Shown in pieces: positions 1 to 8,126 of a stretch of DNA of 64,000 nucleotides; within the stretch, counting starts at the first letter, position 1; every line of letters starts with the position of its first letter. The translations under genes were made by a program, and so were the position numbers. The DNA is from Alphaproteobacteria bacterium (GTDB lineage Bacteria > Pseudomonadota > Alphaproteobacteria > UBA828). The notes beneath the pieces are model-generated. The model saw only the letters and a program-made list of their open reading frames with translations, was not told where the DNA came from and did no database searches. Location: positions 1,248,001-1,312,000 of the forward strand of contig CBDCCI010000002.1 in NCBI GenBank assembly GCA_965214705.1. The letters run 5' to 3'.

Positions 1-40
1 CCTTGCTCGCGCCGTGCACTTCGAGCAGCGGCGGGCTCAT
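1..40 (-). CDS. Peptide ABC transporter second ATP-binding subunit (DppF/OppF-like), N-terminus only; runs off window
   Basis: ATG at 40-38 overlaps the upstream TGA (ATGA); reads MSPPLLEVHGASK, a typical ABC ATPase start, in the expected operon position. Confidence 0.65.
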   Translation of the reverse strand, partial: MSPPLLEVHGASK

Positions 41-918
41 GCGCTGGCCCTCTCGCTCTCGTGGACGACCAGGGGCTGCGAGAAGTCGCGCGGCTCGTCG
101 CCGATGTCGGGCAGCCCGCCGCCGGTGATGCGCGGCACCGCCGCCATCAGCGCCCGCGTGTAGGCGTGGCCGGGGCGCTCGAAAACCGAAGCGCACGGCC
201 CCTGCTCGACGATCCTGCCCTTGTAGATCACGTAGACGCGGTCGGCGAACTCGCGCACGACGCCGAGGTTGTGGGAGATGAACAGCACCGACGTGTGGTG
301 ATGCTCCACCAGCTCGCGCATCAGCTTGAGCGTCTGGGCCTGCACCGTCACGTCGAGCGCGGTGCCCGGCTCGTCGGCGATGAGCAGCGCAGGCTCGTTG
401 GCGAGCGCCATCGCGATCATCACCCGCTGGTTCATGCCGCCCGAAAGCTGGAAGGGATAGGAGTCGAAGACCCGATCCGGGTCGTCGATGGAGACCTCCA
501 GCAGCATCTGCGCCGCGCGCTCCCTGGCCGCGTGCTCGTTGATCTTGGGCTCCGCCCGCCTGAGCACCTCGTGGAACTGGGTGCCGATGCGGTAGACCGG
601 GTTGAGCGACGAGGTGGGGTCCTGGAACACCATGGTCATGCGGGTGCCGCGCAGCCGCTGGCGCTCCCGCGCCGACAGCCGGTCGAGATCGCGTCCCTCG
701 AAGACCACGTTCCCCGAAATCCGCGCCGAGCGCAGCAGCTGCAGCAGGCCGAGGACGATGCGCGCGGTGACCGACTTGCCGGAGCCGGATTCGCCCACCA
801 GCGCCACCCGCTCGCCCGGCGCAATGTTCAGCGAAATGCCGTGCAGCACTTCGACGTAGGCCTCGTAGGTCCTGAAGCCGAGCCGGAGGTCGCGGATGTC
901 CAGCGTCGGCACGGTCAT
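37..918 (-). CDS. Peptide/nickel ABC transporter ATP-binding subunit (DppD/OppD-like)
   Basis: Walker A GESGSGKS, signature LSGGMNQR, Walker B LLIADEP; start MTVPTLDI at 918 overlaps the permease stop. Confidence 0.93.
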   Translation of the reverse strand: MTVPTLDIRDLRLGFRTYEAYVEVLHGISLNIAPGERVALVGESGSGKSVTARIVLGLLQLLRSARISGNVVFEGRDLDRLSARERQRLRGTRMTMVFQDPTSSLNPVYRIGTQFHEVLRRAEPKINEHAARERAAQMLLEVSIDDPDRVFDSYPFQLSGGMNQRVMIAMALANEPALLIADEPGTALDVTVQAQTLKLMRELVEHHHTSVLFISHNLGVVREFADRVYVIYKGRIVEQGPCASVFERPGHAYTRALMAAVPRITGGGLPDIGDEPRDFSQPLVVHESERASA

Positions 919-1748
919 TGGTCGGCCCCGAAGAGCTCGCGCAAGGCGTCGCCGATGAGGTTGAAGCCGAACACCGCAATCAGGATCGCGAGGCTCGGGA
1001 AGATCGTGAGCCACCAGGAATCGGGCAGGTATTTCGCGCCGTCGGCCACCATCGAGCCGAGGTCCGGCGTCGGCGGCTGCACGCCGAGGCCGAGGAAGGA
1101 GAGCGAGGACGCGATCAGAATGATGAAGCCGAGATCGAGCGTCATCTTGGTAACGATGGAGGGGAAGCAGTTCGGCAGAACCTCGCGGAACATCACGTGC
1201 AGGCGCGACGCGCCGATCAGCTCGGCCGCGAGCACGTAGCCCTCCTCCTTCTCTCCCCGCGTCATGTTGTAGACGAGCCTCGCGTACCACGGCCACCACA
1301 TCGCTGTGACCGCCAGCATCCCGTTGATCAGCGTCGGCTCCAGCACGCCCATGATCGACATGGCGAGGACCAGCGGCGGGATCGAGAGGAAGACGTCGGT
1401 CACGCGCATCAGCGCGAACTCGGTGTAGCGCCCGAAGTAGCCGGCGATCAGCCCGACGGTGACGCCCACGGGAACGGCGATGCCGAGCACCACCACGCCC
1501 AGGATCAGCGAGATCCGGTAGGCGTAGATGACACGGCTGAAAAGATCGCGGCCGACCAGGTCGGTCCCCATCAGGTGCGGCCACTTGGGCGCCTGATTGA
1601 AGTTCGCGAAGTCGACCACCGCGCCCCGATGCTCGGGGAAGGGCGCAATGAAGTCTGCGAAGATGGCGCAGATCAGGATGATACCGATCAGGATCAGCCC
1701 GAGCAGTGAGAGCGGATTCGAGGCCAGGATCGCGAACGCCCGCCTCAC
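915..1748 (-). CDS. Peptide ABC transporter permease (DppC/OppC-like)
   Basis: HLMGTDLVGRDLFSR motif, EAA-like loop GYVLAAELIGAS, FLGLGVQPPTPDLG; GTG start overlaps upstream TGA. Confidence 0.92.
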   Translation of the reverse strand: MRRAFAILASNPLSLLGLILIGIILICAIFADFIAPFPEHRGAVVDFANFNQAPKWPHLMGTDLVGRDLFSRVIYAYRISLILGVVVLGIAVPVGVTVGLIAGYFGRYTEFALMRVTDVFLSIPPLVLAMSIMGVLEPTLINGMLAVTAMWWPWYARLVYNMTRGEKEEGYVLAAELIGASRLHVMFREVLPNCFPSIVTKMTLDLGFIILIASSLSFLGLGVQPPTPDLGSMVADGAKYLPDSWWLTIFPSLAILIAVFGFNLIGDALRELFGADQ

Positions 1749-2770
1749 GACGCGGTCCTCGAATAGCGGATGCGCGGGTTGATGATGGTGACCAGTACAT
1801 CGACGATGAGATTCATAATGAGGAAGGTCGCCGAGATGATGAGCACCGTGCCGACGATGGCATCCAGGTCCTTGCGCAGGATGACCGAGACGCCGTAGCG
1901 CGAGAGGCCGGGCCAAGCGAACACCGCCTCGACCAGGAAGGCGTTGCCGAGCATGGCCGCGAAGTCGAGCCCGATGATCGTGAGCGACGGAATCAGCGAA
2001 GGCTTGAAGGCGTATCGGTTGGCGATGCGCCGGTCCGGCACGCCGTAGGAGCGCGCCATTTCGACGTAGGGCTTGTCGTAGGTCTCCACCATGTTGGCGC
2101 GCGTGAGCCGTGCCGTCTGCCCGATGCCCGAGAGCGCGAGCGCGAAGGCAGGCAGGATGACGTGCCAGACGGCGTTGCCGAAGGCCGCGAGGTTGCCCGC
2201 GATCAGCGTGTCGAGGAACAGGAAGCCGGTGACCTGCTCGATGGCAAAGGTGTCGGAGATGCGGCCGGCGATGGGGAAGAGTGGCAGGAAGTACGCGAAC
2301 AGCAGCATCAGAATCACGGCCCAAACGAAGCTCGGCGCCGAGACTCCGAGCAGGGCGATCATTCGGATGGCGTTGTCGATCCAGGTGCCTCGCCAGCGGG
2401 CGGACGCGATGCCGAGCGGAAGCCCGATCACGATCATCATCGCGCCGGCGACGAAGATCAGCTCCAGCGTGGCCGGCAGAAACTGCGCGATATCCACCAC
2501 CACGGGCCGGTTGGTGTAGAGCGAGATGCCGAGGTCGCCCTGCGCGAGCTCGCTCAGGAAGTGCCCGTACTGGGTCGTGATCGGCTCGTCGAGGCGAAGC
2601 TCGGCGCGCAGCTTGGCGACCTGCTCTGCGGTCGCGCTCGGTCCAAGCGCGATGCGCGCGGGATCGCCCGGGATGACCCGGGCGATCGCGAAGATCAGCA
2701 TCGAGACCCCCAGTAGGACGATGCAGGAGATCCCGACGCGCCGCACAAAAATGAGGATCGTCGGCGTCAC
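1745..2770 (-). CDS. Peptide ABC transporter permease (DppB/OppB-like)
   Basis: IPGDPARIALG, GDLGISLYT, YVEMARSYG, VEAVFAWPGL motifs. Confidence 0.93.
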   Translation of the reverse strand: MTPTILIFVRRVGISCIVLLGVSMLIFAIARVIPGDPARIALGPSATAEQVAKLRAELRLDEPITTQYGHFLSELAQGDLGISLYTNRPVVVDIAQFLPATLELIFVAGAMMIVIGLPLGIASARWRGTWIDNAIRMIALLGVSAPSFVWAVILMLLFAYFLPLFPIAGRISDTFAIEQVTGFLFLDTLIAGNLAAFGNAVWHVILPAFALALSGIGQTARLTRANMVETYDKPYVEMARSYGVPDRRIANRYAFKPSLIPSLTIIGLDFAAMLGNAFLVEAVFAWPGLSRYGVSVILRKDLDAIVGTVLIISATFLIMNLIVDVLVTIINPRIRYSRTAS

Positions 2771-2787
2771 GACCCCACTCTAAACGA

Positions 2788-2820
2788 CGGGGCGGGCAGG
2801 TCGACAGCATGCCCGCCCCG
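2788..2820 (-). terminator. GC-rich intergenic stem-loop after the substrate-binding protein gene (mRNA stabiliser or partial terminator)
   Basis: CGGGGCGGGCA (2788-2798) pairs perfectly with TGCCCGCCCCG (2810-2820). Confidence 0.55.
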
Positions 2821-2830
2821 CCGCTGAGCG

Positions 2831-4423
2831 TTACTCGGTCATTTCCATGAGGCGGAAGCTGAAGCCGAATCCGTCGAGGCCGAAGGCCATGGCCGGATCG
2901 CTCAGAGCCGGCACCTTGACCCGGTTGGACGCCGCAAAGACCGACTGCGAATCGTGCGCGTAGATGGTGGGCGAGATCGCGATCAGCCTGTCGTTGAGTG
3001 CGGAGTAGGCCTCCTGCCGTGCCTCCGGTGTCGCCCCCGTGCGTCCGGCGTCCAGCAGCCGGTCCACCTCGGCGTCATTGAGGTGTTCGGGCGACTGCCA
3101 CGTCCCGGCTGCGCTGGAGTGGTACATGCCGTAGAGCAGCGTATCGGTATCGCCGGTCACCGCGGTGACGTAGACCTGCGAGACGTTGGGCGTGGTCTCC
3201 GAGTTCGACACCTGCTCGGCGAACAGCGCCCACGGGATCCTGCGGATTTCGGAGTTGATGCCGATCTCCGCGAAGTTCGCCTGCATGAGCAGCGCGAAGC
3301 GCTCCTCCAGCGGCACTTCGCCGATCCAGGTGAGCTCCAGAGTGAACTCGTCCGGCGAGTACTTGCAGTCGGCCAGATGCTGCCGCGCCGCGTCGAGATC
3401 GCGCGTCTGCGCCTTCTCGCGCGGGTTGGCGCCCAGCATCGCGGCCGGGATCGCGCCGGTCGACAGCGTCCCCTGGGAGACCTCGTCGGTGACCGCGATG
3501 ATCTTGACCCCACCCTCGTAGTCGAAGGCCTTGGCCAGCGCGAGACGGCAGTTCACATCGTCGAGCGGCGGCTTGGTCGTGTTCAGCTTCATGTAGAAGC
3601 CGGTCACACCGCCCTCGGTGAGGAGCTGTGCACCCTCCCCGGCAAGCGCCCCCAGAACCTCCGGCGGCACCCACTGCGAGGAGATGTCGTGCTCGCCCTG
3701 AGCGATGAGCGTGCGCACCGTCGCCGCCTCGAGCCCGTAGCGAAGGCGCGCCGTGTCCGGCGCCGCTTCGGCGATGGGCAGGAAGTAGTCGGCGTTCTTC
3801 TCCATCACCGTCTCTTCCTGCGGGTTGTGCGAGACCACCCGATAGGCGCCCGTCCCACCCCCGTTCTGGGACAGGAAGGCCTGGCCCCAGTCGCCCATCT
3901 CGCCCTCACCTTCGCCGAGATTGGCCATGACGAGCTGCTTGTCGACGATGGGGAGCCGCACCAGCGACGAGACGAAGGGCGCGTAGGGCTCGGAGAGGGT
4001 GAAGCGCACGGTGTGCGAGTCCACCGCGTCAGCGCCTTCCACGCTCACGAACAGGTAGGAAAGTCCCTGGCCGATGGTCTTCATGCGGTCGAGCGAGAAG
4101 ACCACGTCGTCGGCGGTGAGTGGATTGCCGCTCTGGAACGTCACGTCGTCGCGGAGCGTGAAGGTGAAGCTCGTCCCCTCGCCGGACCAGCTCGCGGCCA
4201 GATGCGGATCGTGGCCGGGCGCGCCCTGCTGCGGGATCACGAGGGTGTCGTAGACGTTGAACATCAGGATGGAGTCGGCGTAGTCGGTCGCCTTGGCCGG
4301 GTCGAGCTCGCCGACCGCGACCTCGTCGAGGCGCAGCACACCGCCCGCCTGGACGATCTGGGGAATCGCCCCCAGGGCTGCCACCAGCGAGGCTGCCGAC
4401 AGCAGTTTCAGTAGTGTTCTCAT
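2831..4423 (-). CDS. Peptide ABC transporter substrate-binding protein (family 5, DppA-like)
   Basis: Signal peptide; LDPA, VYDTLV, FTLRDDVTFQSGNPLTADDVVFS, GTGAY motifs; 530 aa. Confidence 0.93.
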   Translation of the reverse strand: MRTLLKLLSAASLVAALGAIPQIVQAGGVLRLDEVAVGELDPAKATDYADSILMFNVYDTLVIPQQGAPGHDPHLAASWSGEGTSFTFTLRDDVTFQSGNPLTADDVVFSLDRMKTIGQGLSYLFVSVEGADAVDSHTVRFTLSEPYAPFVSSLVRLPIVDKQLVMANLGEGEGEMGDWGQAFLSQNGGGTGAYRVVSHNPQEETVMEKNADYFLPIAEAAPDTARLRYGLEAATVRTLIAQGEHDISSQWVPPEVLGALAGEGAQLLTEGGVTGFYMKLNTTKPPLDDVNCRLALAKAFDYEGGVKIIAVTDEVSQGTLSTGAIPAAMLGANPREKAQTRDLDAARQHLADCKYSPDEFTLELTWIGEVPLEERFALLMQANFAEIGINSEIRRIPWALFAEQVSNSETTPNVSQVYVTAVTGDTDTLLYGMYHSSAAGTWQSPEHLNDAEVDRLLDAGRTGATPEARQEAYSALNDRLIAISPTIYAHDSQSVFAASNRVKVPALSDPAMAFGLDGFGFSFRLMEMTE

Positions 4424-4508
4424 GTCATGGTTCTCCCTTGTCTCCTGCTTTTGAAGTCAATTCGCATACGGTCATGCCGGAGAGCGATCTCAACAACCGC
4501 GCCTCTCT

Positions 4509-4610
4509 CTCACGTCGTCATGCCCGGACTTGATCCGGGCATCCACGTTCCTTGCCCCTGCCGCACGAAAAACACGTGGATGGCCGGGTCAAGCCCGGCC
4601 ATGACGTGAG
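4509..4610. repeat. REP-like palindromic element of the alphaproteobacterial GTCATGCCCGG..TTGA.CCGGGCATC type
   Basis: Arms 4517-4548 and 4574-4605 are imperfect inverted repeats of each other and each is itself a hairpin; intergenic. Confidence 0.8.
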
Positions 4611-4654
4611 GGGCGGCGTAGACAAACAGAAACTTCTCGAACGGGTCACTAGTC

Positions 4655-5275
4655 TCACTCTTCGATCTCGGCCGCCTGCGGCCGCTTGCTGTGGTCGCCA
4701 AAAATGTCCGATGTGCACACGTGCAAGATCACGGCCGGCGACGTGCCGTGGTTCCAGCTCGAATGCCGCCGCGTCGACTTGAAATGGATGGAGGAGCCGG
4801 CCTCGAGCACCGTGCTCTCGTCCTCGGTCTCCACCGTGATGGCTCCCTCCAGGATGTAGAACAGCTCCTCGCCTTCGTGCCGTATCCACTCGGAGCGATG
4901 CCCCGGCGGCTTGTGGATGATGACGCAGTTGAGAACGCTGCCGGGGAAGGACGCCGAAATCCGCTCGTAGCGGAGCGCGAGCTTCTCGATGGTGAAGCTC
5001 GGCCGCTCTCCCATCAGCGTAAACGGCGCATCGGGGCGCGGCGGGGCGAGAAACTCGGTGACGTGCGTGCCCAGCACGCCGGATATGGCGGCAAGCGACG
5101 ACAGCGAGGGCGCGTTTAGTCCTCGTTCAATTTGGGAGATGAAGCCGACCGAAAGCCCGGCCCCGTCGGCGACCTGCTTGAGCGTCAGCCCGAGCTGCTG
5201 GCGGCGGTCGCGCAGCCGCTTGCCCAGGGGGGCATCCGCCTCCGCCGACTGTGCCTTCGCCGAACTCTTGGCCAT
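4655..5275 (-). CDS. XRE-family HTH regulator with C-terminal cupin domain (PuuR-like)
   Basis: LTLKQVADGAGLSVGFISQIERG helix-turn-helix; HEGEELFYILEG cupin motif. Confidence 0.9.
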   Translation of the reverse strand: MAKSSAKAQSAEADAPLGKRLRDRRQQLGLTLKQVADGAGLSVGFISQIERGLNAPSLSSLAAISGVLGTHVTEFLAPPRPDAPFTLMGERPSFTIEKLALRYERISASFPGSVLNCVIIHKPPGHRSEWIRHEGEELFYILEGAITVETEDESTVLEAGSSIHFKSTRRHSSWNHGTSPAVILHVCTSDIFGDHSKRPQAAEIEE

Positions 5276-5811
5276 CTCCCGAGGCGCCCCCTGATTTCAC
5301 TCTGGGTAAAATCCTGACGCATCGGGCTGAGCCGAGTCAACCGCTCTGTGCTGGCAGCGGGATCGCCGCCGGCAGTGTCAGCGAGGGAAGAGAGTCGCGT
5401 CCCGCGCGGCATCGCGCGCCCCATGTGAGACGGTCAAGCCAAAAATTCAGGCGGGATTCGCCGGGATCCGGTGAGACCAGTGGGATAAGTGAGATAAGTG
5501 AGACAGGCGGGATTTCGCGCGGCCCGAATGACTTCCCTCTCCCCCTGTCCCCCTCCCAAGTTGCTCATTTCCCTCAGTCGCCGGGCGCTCACTCCGTTCG
5601 CTTGGCTACGCGCCTATCGGTGCTATTTTTTAGCTTGGTTCATGACGTGCGTTTAATGACCAAAATCATTCAATTACTTGATTGCACCCTCTCCGCATGT
5701 AGCATCGCACACTACACTGCAAACACCGAGTCAACACAAACGCCGAGCTCTGTGCGGCCGGGTATGAGAAGGGTCGTTGGCGAGCCTCCGCTCCAGCCGC
5801 CTCCGGTCATA

Positions 5812-6398
5812 GAATGTTGGTTGGCCATGATGAGCGCCTCGAATTCCTCGCGCGGAAGAGTCTGGATTTCGTCGAACAAAATCACGATTGAGGTATTGCG
5901 GTCCCTGGCGGCATCGCCGGCGGCCACGAAAACTTCGGCAAGGTCGCGGCTCAGCCTGCCGCTGTCGGCAACGCCCGGCTCGCCATCGATGTCGACCGCG
6001 AATTCAACGCCCTCCACCTTCATCGTCACCAAGCCGACGAAACTTTTGAGAACCCGCAGGCCCTTCTTTACATGCTCGCTCACCCCCTTGATCCGGTCGA
6101 GCTTCAGCAGGATCGCGCAGGGTGGCAATGATCGATATCGACAGTGGCTCGTTGCTGCCAACCTCAATGAAGTCGGTCAGGTCAGCGCTCCTTCTTCCTC
6201 TGCCATGGCCTGAACTTCGTTTAGCAGAACCGTCTTACCGACGCCGCGCAATCCTACGAAAATGAAGCTGCGGGCCGACCGGCCGGACCTGTTGCGCTGC
6301 ACCGCGAGGCGGGCGTCGGCGAGGACGGCGTCTCGCCCGGCGAGTTCCGGCGGCGGCGTTCCCGCGCCGGGCGCATAGGGATTAAAGCGTGGGTTCAT
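5812..6398 (-). pseudogene. AAA-family P-loop ATPase, frameshifted and 3'-truncated
   Basis: NPYAPGAGTPPPELAGR start, Walker A GLRGVGKT, Walker B ILFDEIQ in a different frame; 5-bp duplication GTCAG at 6176-6185 creates a stop; similarity ends near 5812. Confidence 0.8.
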
Positions 6399-6629
6399 TC
6401 AGCCGCTTCCACATAGTTTATCCGCAACCGGCATAAACCGCTTCGATCCGGTCCCCGGCCGGCTCCGTCAGTTTATACATGATTGCCATAAACTCTCTAC
6501 ACGTCCAGCCTGCCAACCGGCATTGCAGGCCAACCGCTGCCATCATTCGTCGCCGCGCCCTTCGCAGCCGGGGGAGGGAAGAGTCGAATCGAAAGCGAGG
6601 CAGCGCTCCGAGATCCCGTTCCTGCGCTC

Positions 6630-6810
6630 GGTCTATGTCCGGCGGGATCGTATCGAGTTCCCCAACGCCAAGACTGGTAAGCGCATGGTGTCGCTTGGCT
6701 TCGACCCCCGATTTGCCTCGGCTACATGCCCCCCCCCTCCAGCAGTGCCGCTGACCACGCCGGTGGTCGACGACATCGAGGGCAGTCCCTGGGTCATCCG
6801 GAGCCAGACG
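6630..6810 (+). pseudogene. Tyrosine recombinase/phage integrase internal fragment
   Basis: RIEFPNAKTGKRMVSL...EGSPWVI resembles the catalytic-Lys hairpin (LPDSKTG.R.VPL...PWVF) of alphaproteobacterial integrases; other catalytic motifs absent. Confidence 0.45.
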
Positions 6811-6887
6811 CGCCTCCGCTCGCAACGCGAGGTTTGTCGGTCCTATGCGGATTCCCATGCACTGGCCTCTTCCATCCCTCACCCACG

Positions 6888-7544
6888 CTATCTCGGGATC
6901 CAATGCTTGAATTCGATCCCAAACCGCTGCGGGCCGAACCGATAGCCCATGCCCTTCGGGTCGACGAACGCTAGCCAGTATTCCGAGGGCGGCACAGAAT
7001 TCACATAGTGCGGCCGACCCTGCCTTCGCAACAGCGACACGCTCGGTCGCCCTCGATAAAAGGACAGCTCCCTGCGCACGCCGAGCACCTGCCTCACGAT
7101 ATCCTTCTTGAAGTTGGCCTGAGCCTTGCACTCCACGCCCAGAATGATCTGATTGTGAGCAGGCCGCTGCCGGTCCTGTGCGCCCGCCAACAAAACGACA
7201 TCTATCTCGTGATAGGAACTCGGGCCCCGCACACCACCTGCCAAGGACGAGCTCAGCGTCCTGACCTCGATGTCGGTATGCAACTCCAGCTCAGATCCCA
7301 TCCCGTCGACGACAAAGTACGACCGCTTTTGGTCGATCATCCCCGGACTAGCTTTGAAATCGACTGCCGAACCTTGGAAGCCGACCGAAACCCCTGGCAA
7401 GCCATGCAAAAACTCCACGGCCCGGGCGAGACAATAGAGTTCGTAGACCTTTCCCTTCCCTGTGCCCAGGAGGGATGGCCGAACGTTTTGCCTGTGGCTG
7501 TCGAAGAAATCCTCGACTTTCTTCCTGGCCTCGCTCAGTTTCAC
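6888..7544 (-). CDS. Hypothetical protein with PD-(D/E)XK restriction-endonuclease-like motifs
   Basis: GKVYELY helix, HEIDVVLL and ILGVECK in canonical order; GTG start overlaps upstream stop (GTGA). Confidence 0.7.
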   Translation of the reverse strand: MKLSEARKKVEDFFDSHRQNVRPSLLGTGKGKVYELYCLARAVEFLHGLPGVSVGFQGSAVDFKASPGMIDQKRSYFVVDGMGSELELHTDIEVRTLSSSLAGGVRGPSSYHEIDVVLLAGAQDRQRPAHNQIILGVECKAQANFKKDIVRQVLGVRRELSFYRGRPSVSLLRRQGRPHYVNSVPPSEYWLAFVDPKGMGYRFGPQRFGIEFKHWIPR

Positions 7545-7969
7545 GATGCACCGCTATCGGGTTCCGAAGGCGGCGATGGCTCCATGAGAGCCGCTTCGAG
7601 CATGTGCAACTCGCTGCGAATCTCCACCATGTCCCCCAGGGTTGGTATCGGTACACCTTCATCAGGCCCCGCGAGCCCAGACAAACGATCGTCCTCGAAA
7701 TGCAACATGGCGCTCTCCGGCCTAGCGCCGTCGTCCAGGCTGTTGCCGATGAGCAAGAGCGATTCGGTCACCGCCTCGGCAGCATTCGCCGCAAGGTAGC
7801 GGTCGAACGCCCCGAGCATCCGCTTCACCAACGTCCGCCCAACGGGCAGCGATCGCTCTTCACCTTCTTCGTCCATGTAGTTGCCGAAGTCGGCAATGTC
7901 GTCTAGGCCAAGCTCCGAAAGACGCTGGCCGATCAGTCCCGCCAACTCGAGGTACTCCTCATCGTCCAT
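7541..7969 (-). CDS. Acidic hypothetical protein, 142 aa
   Basis: GGAGG RBS before ATG, protein-like composition, translationally coupled to the downstream gene. Confidence 0.7.
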   Translation of the reverse strand: MDDEEYLELAGLIGQRLSELGLDDIADFGNYMDEEGEERSLPVGRTLVKRMLGAFDRYLAANAAEAVTESLLLIGNSLDDGARPESAMLHFEDDRLSGLAGPDEGVPIPTLGDMVEIRSELHMLEAALMEPSPPSEPDSGAS

Positions 7970-8126
7970 CCGTCCCTCCAGACACCATCCGTCCTGGCGC
8001 CTACCGCGGCCTCGTCGACCGCTTCAAGTTCGGCGCACTTCCCAAGCCGCCTCTCCCCATTCACCCAGCCACCTTCGCAAGGCCGGAAATCGCCGATGGT
8101 CAGCACGCGGTACCGACCCGATAAAC

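Noticed and set aside
61-4414. Long + strand ORFs (392, 336, 486 aa) and similar long antisense ORFs elsewhere
   Set aside because: Shadows of well-supported genes on the opposite strand in GC-rich DNA; no motifs
4509-4610. Palindrome as a novel ncRNA or small ORF
   Set aside because: Matches a common alphaproteobacterial REP-like repeat
5580-5660. Integron attC site or tRNA at the island edge
   Set aside because: No convincing RYYYAAC/GTTRRRY box pair, cloverleaf or integron integrase
5251-6213. 320-aa + strand ORF
   Set aside because: Low-complexity Ser/Pro-rich translation over noncoding DNA and antisense to the ATPase remnant
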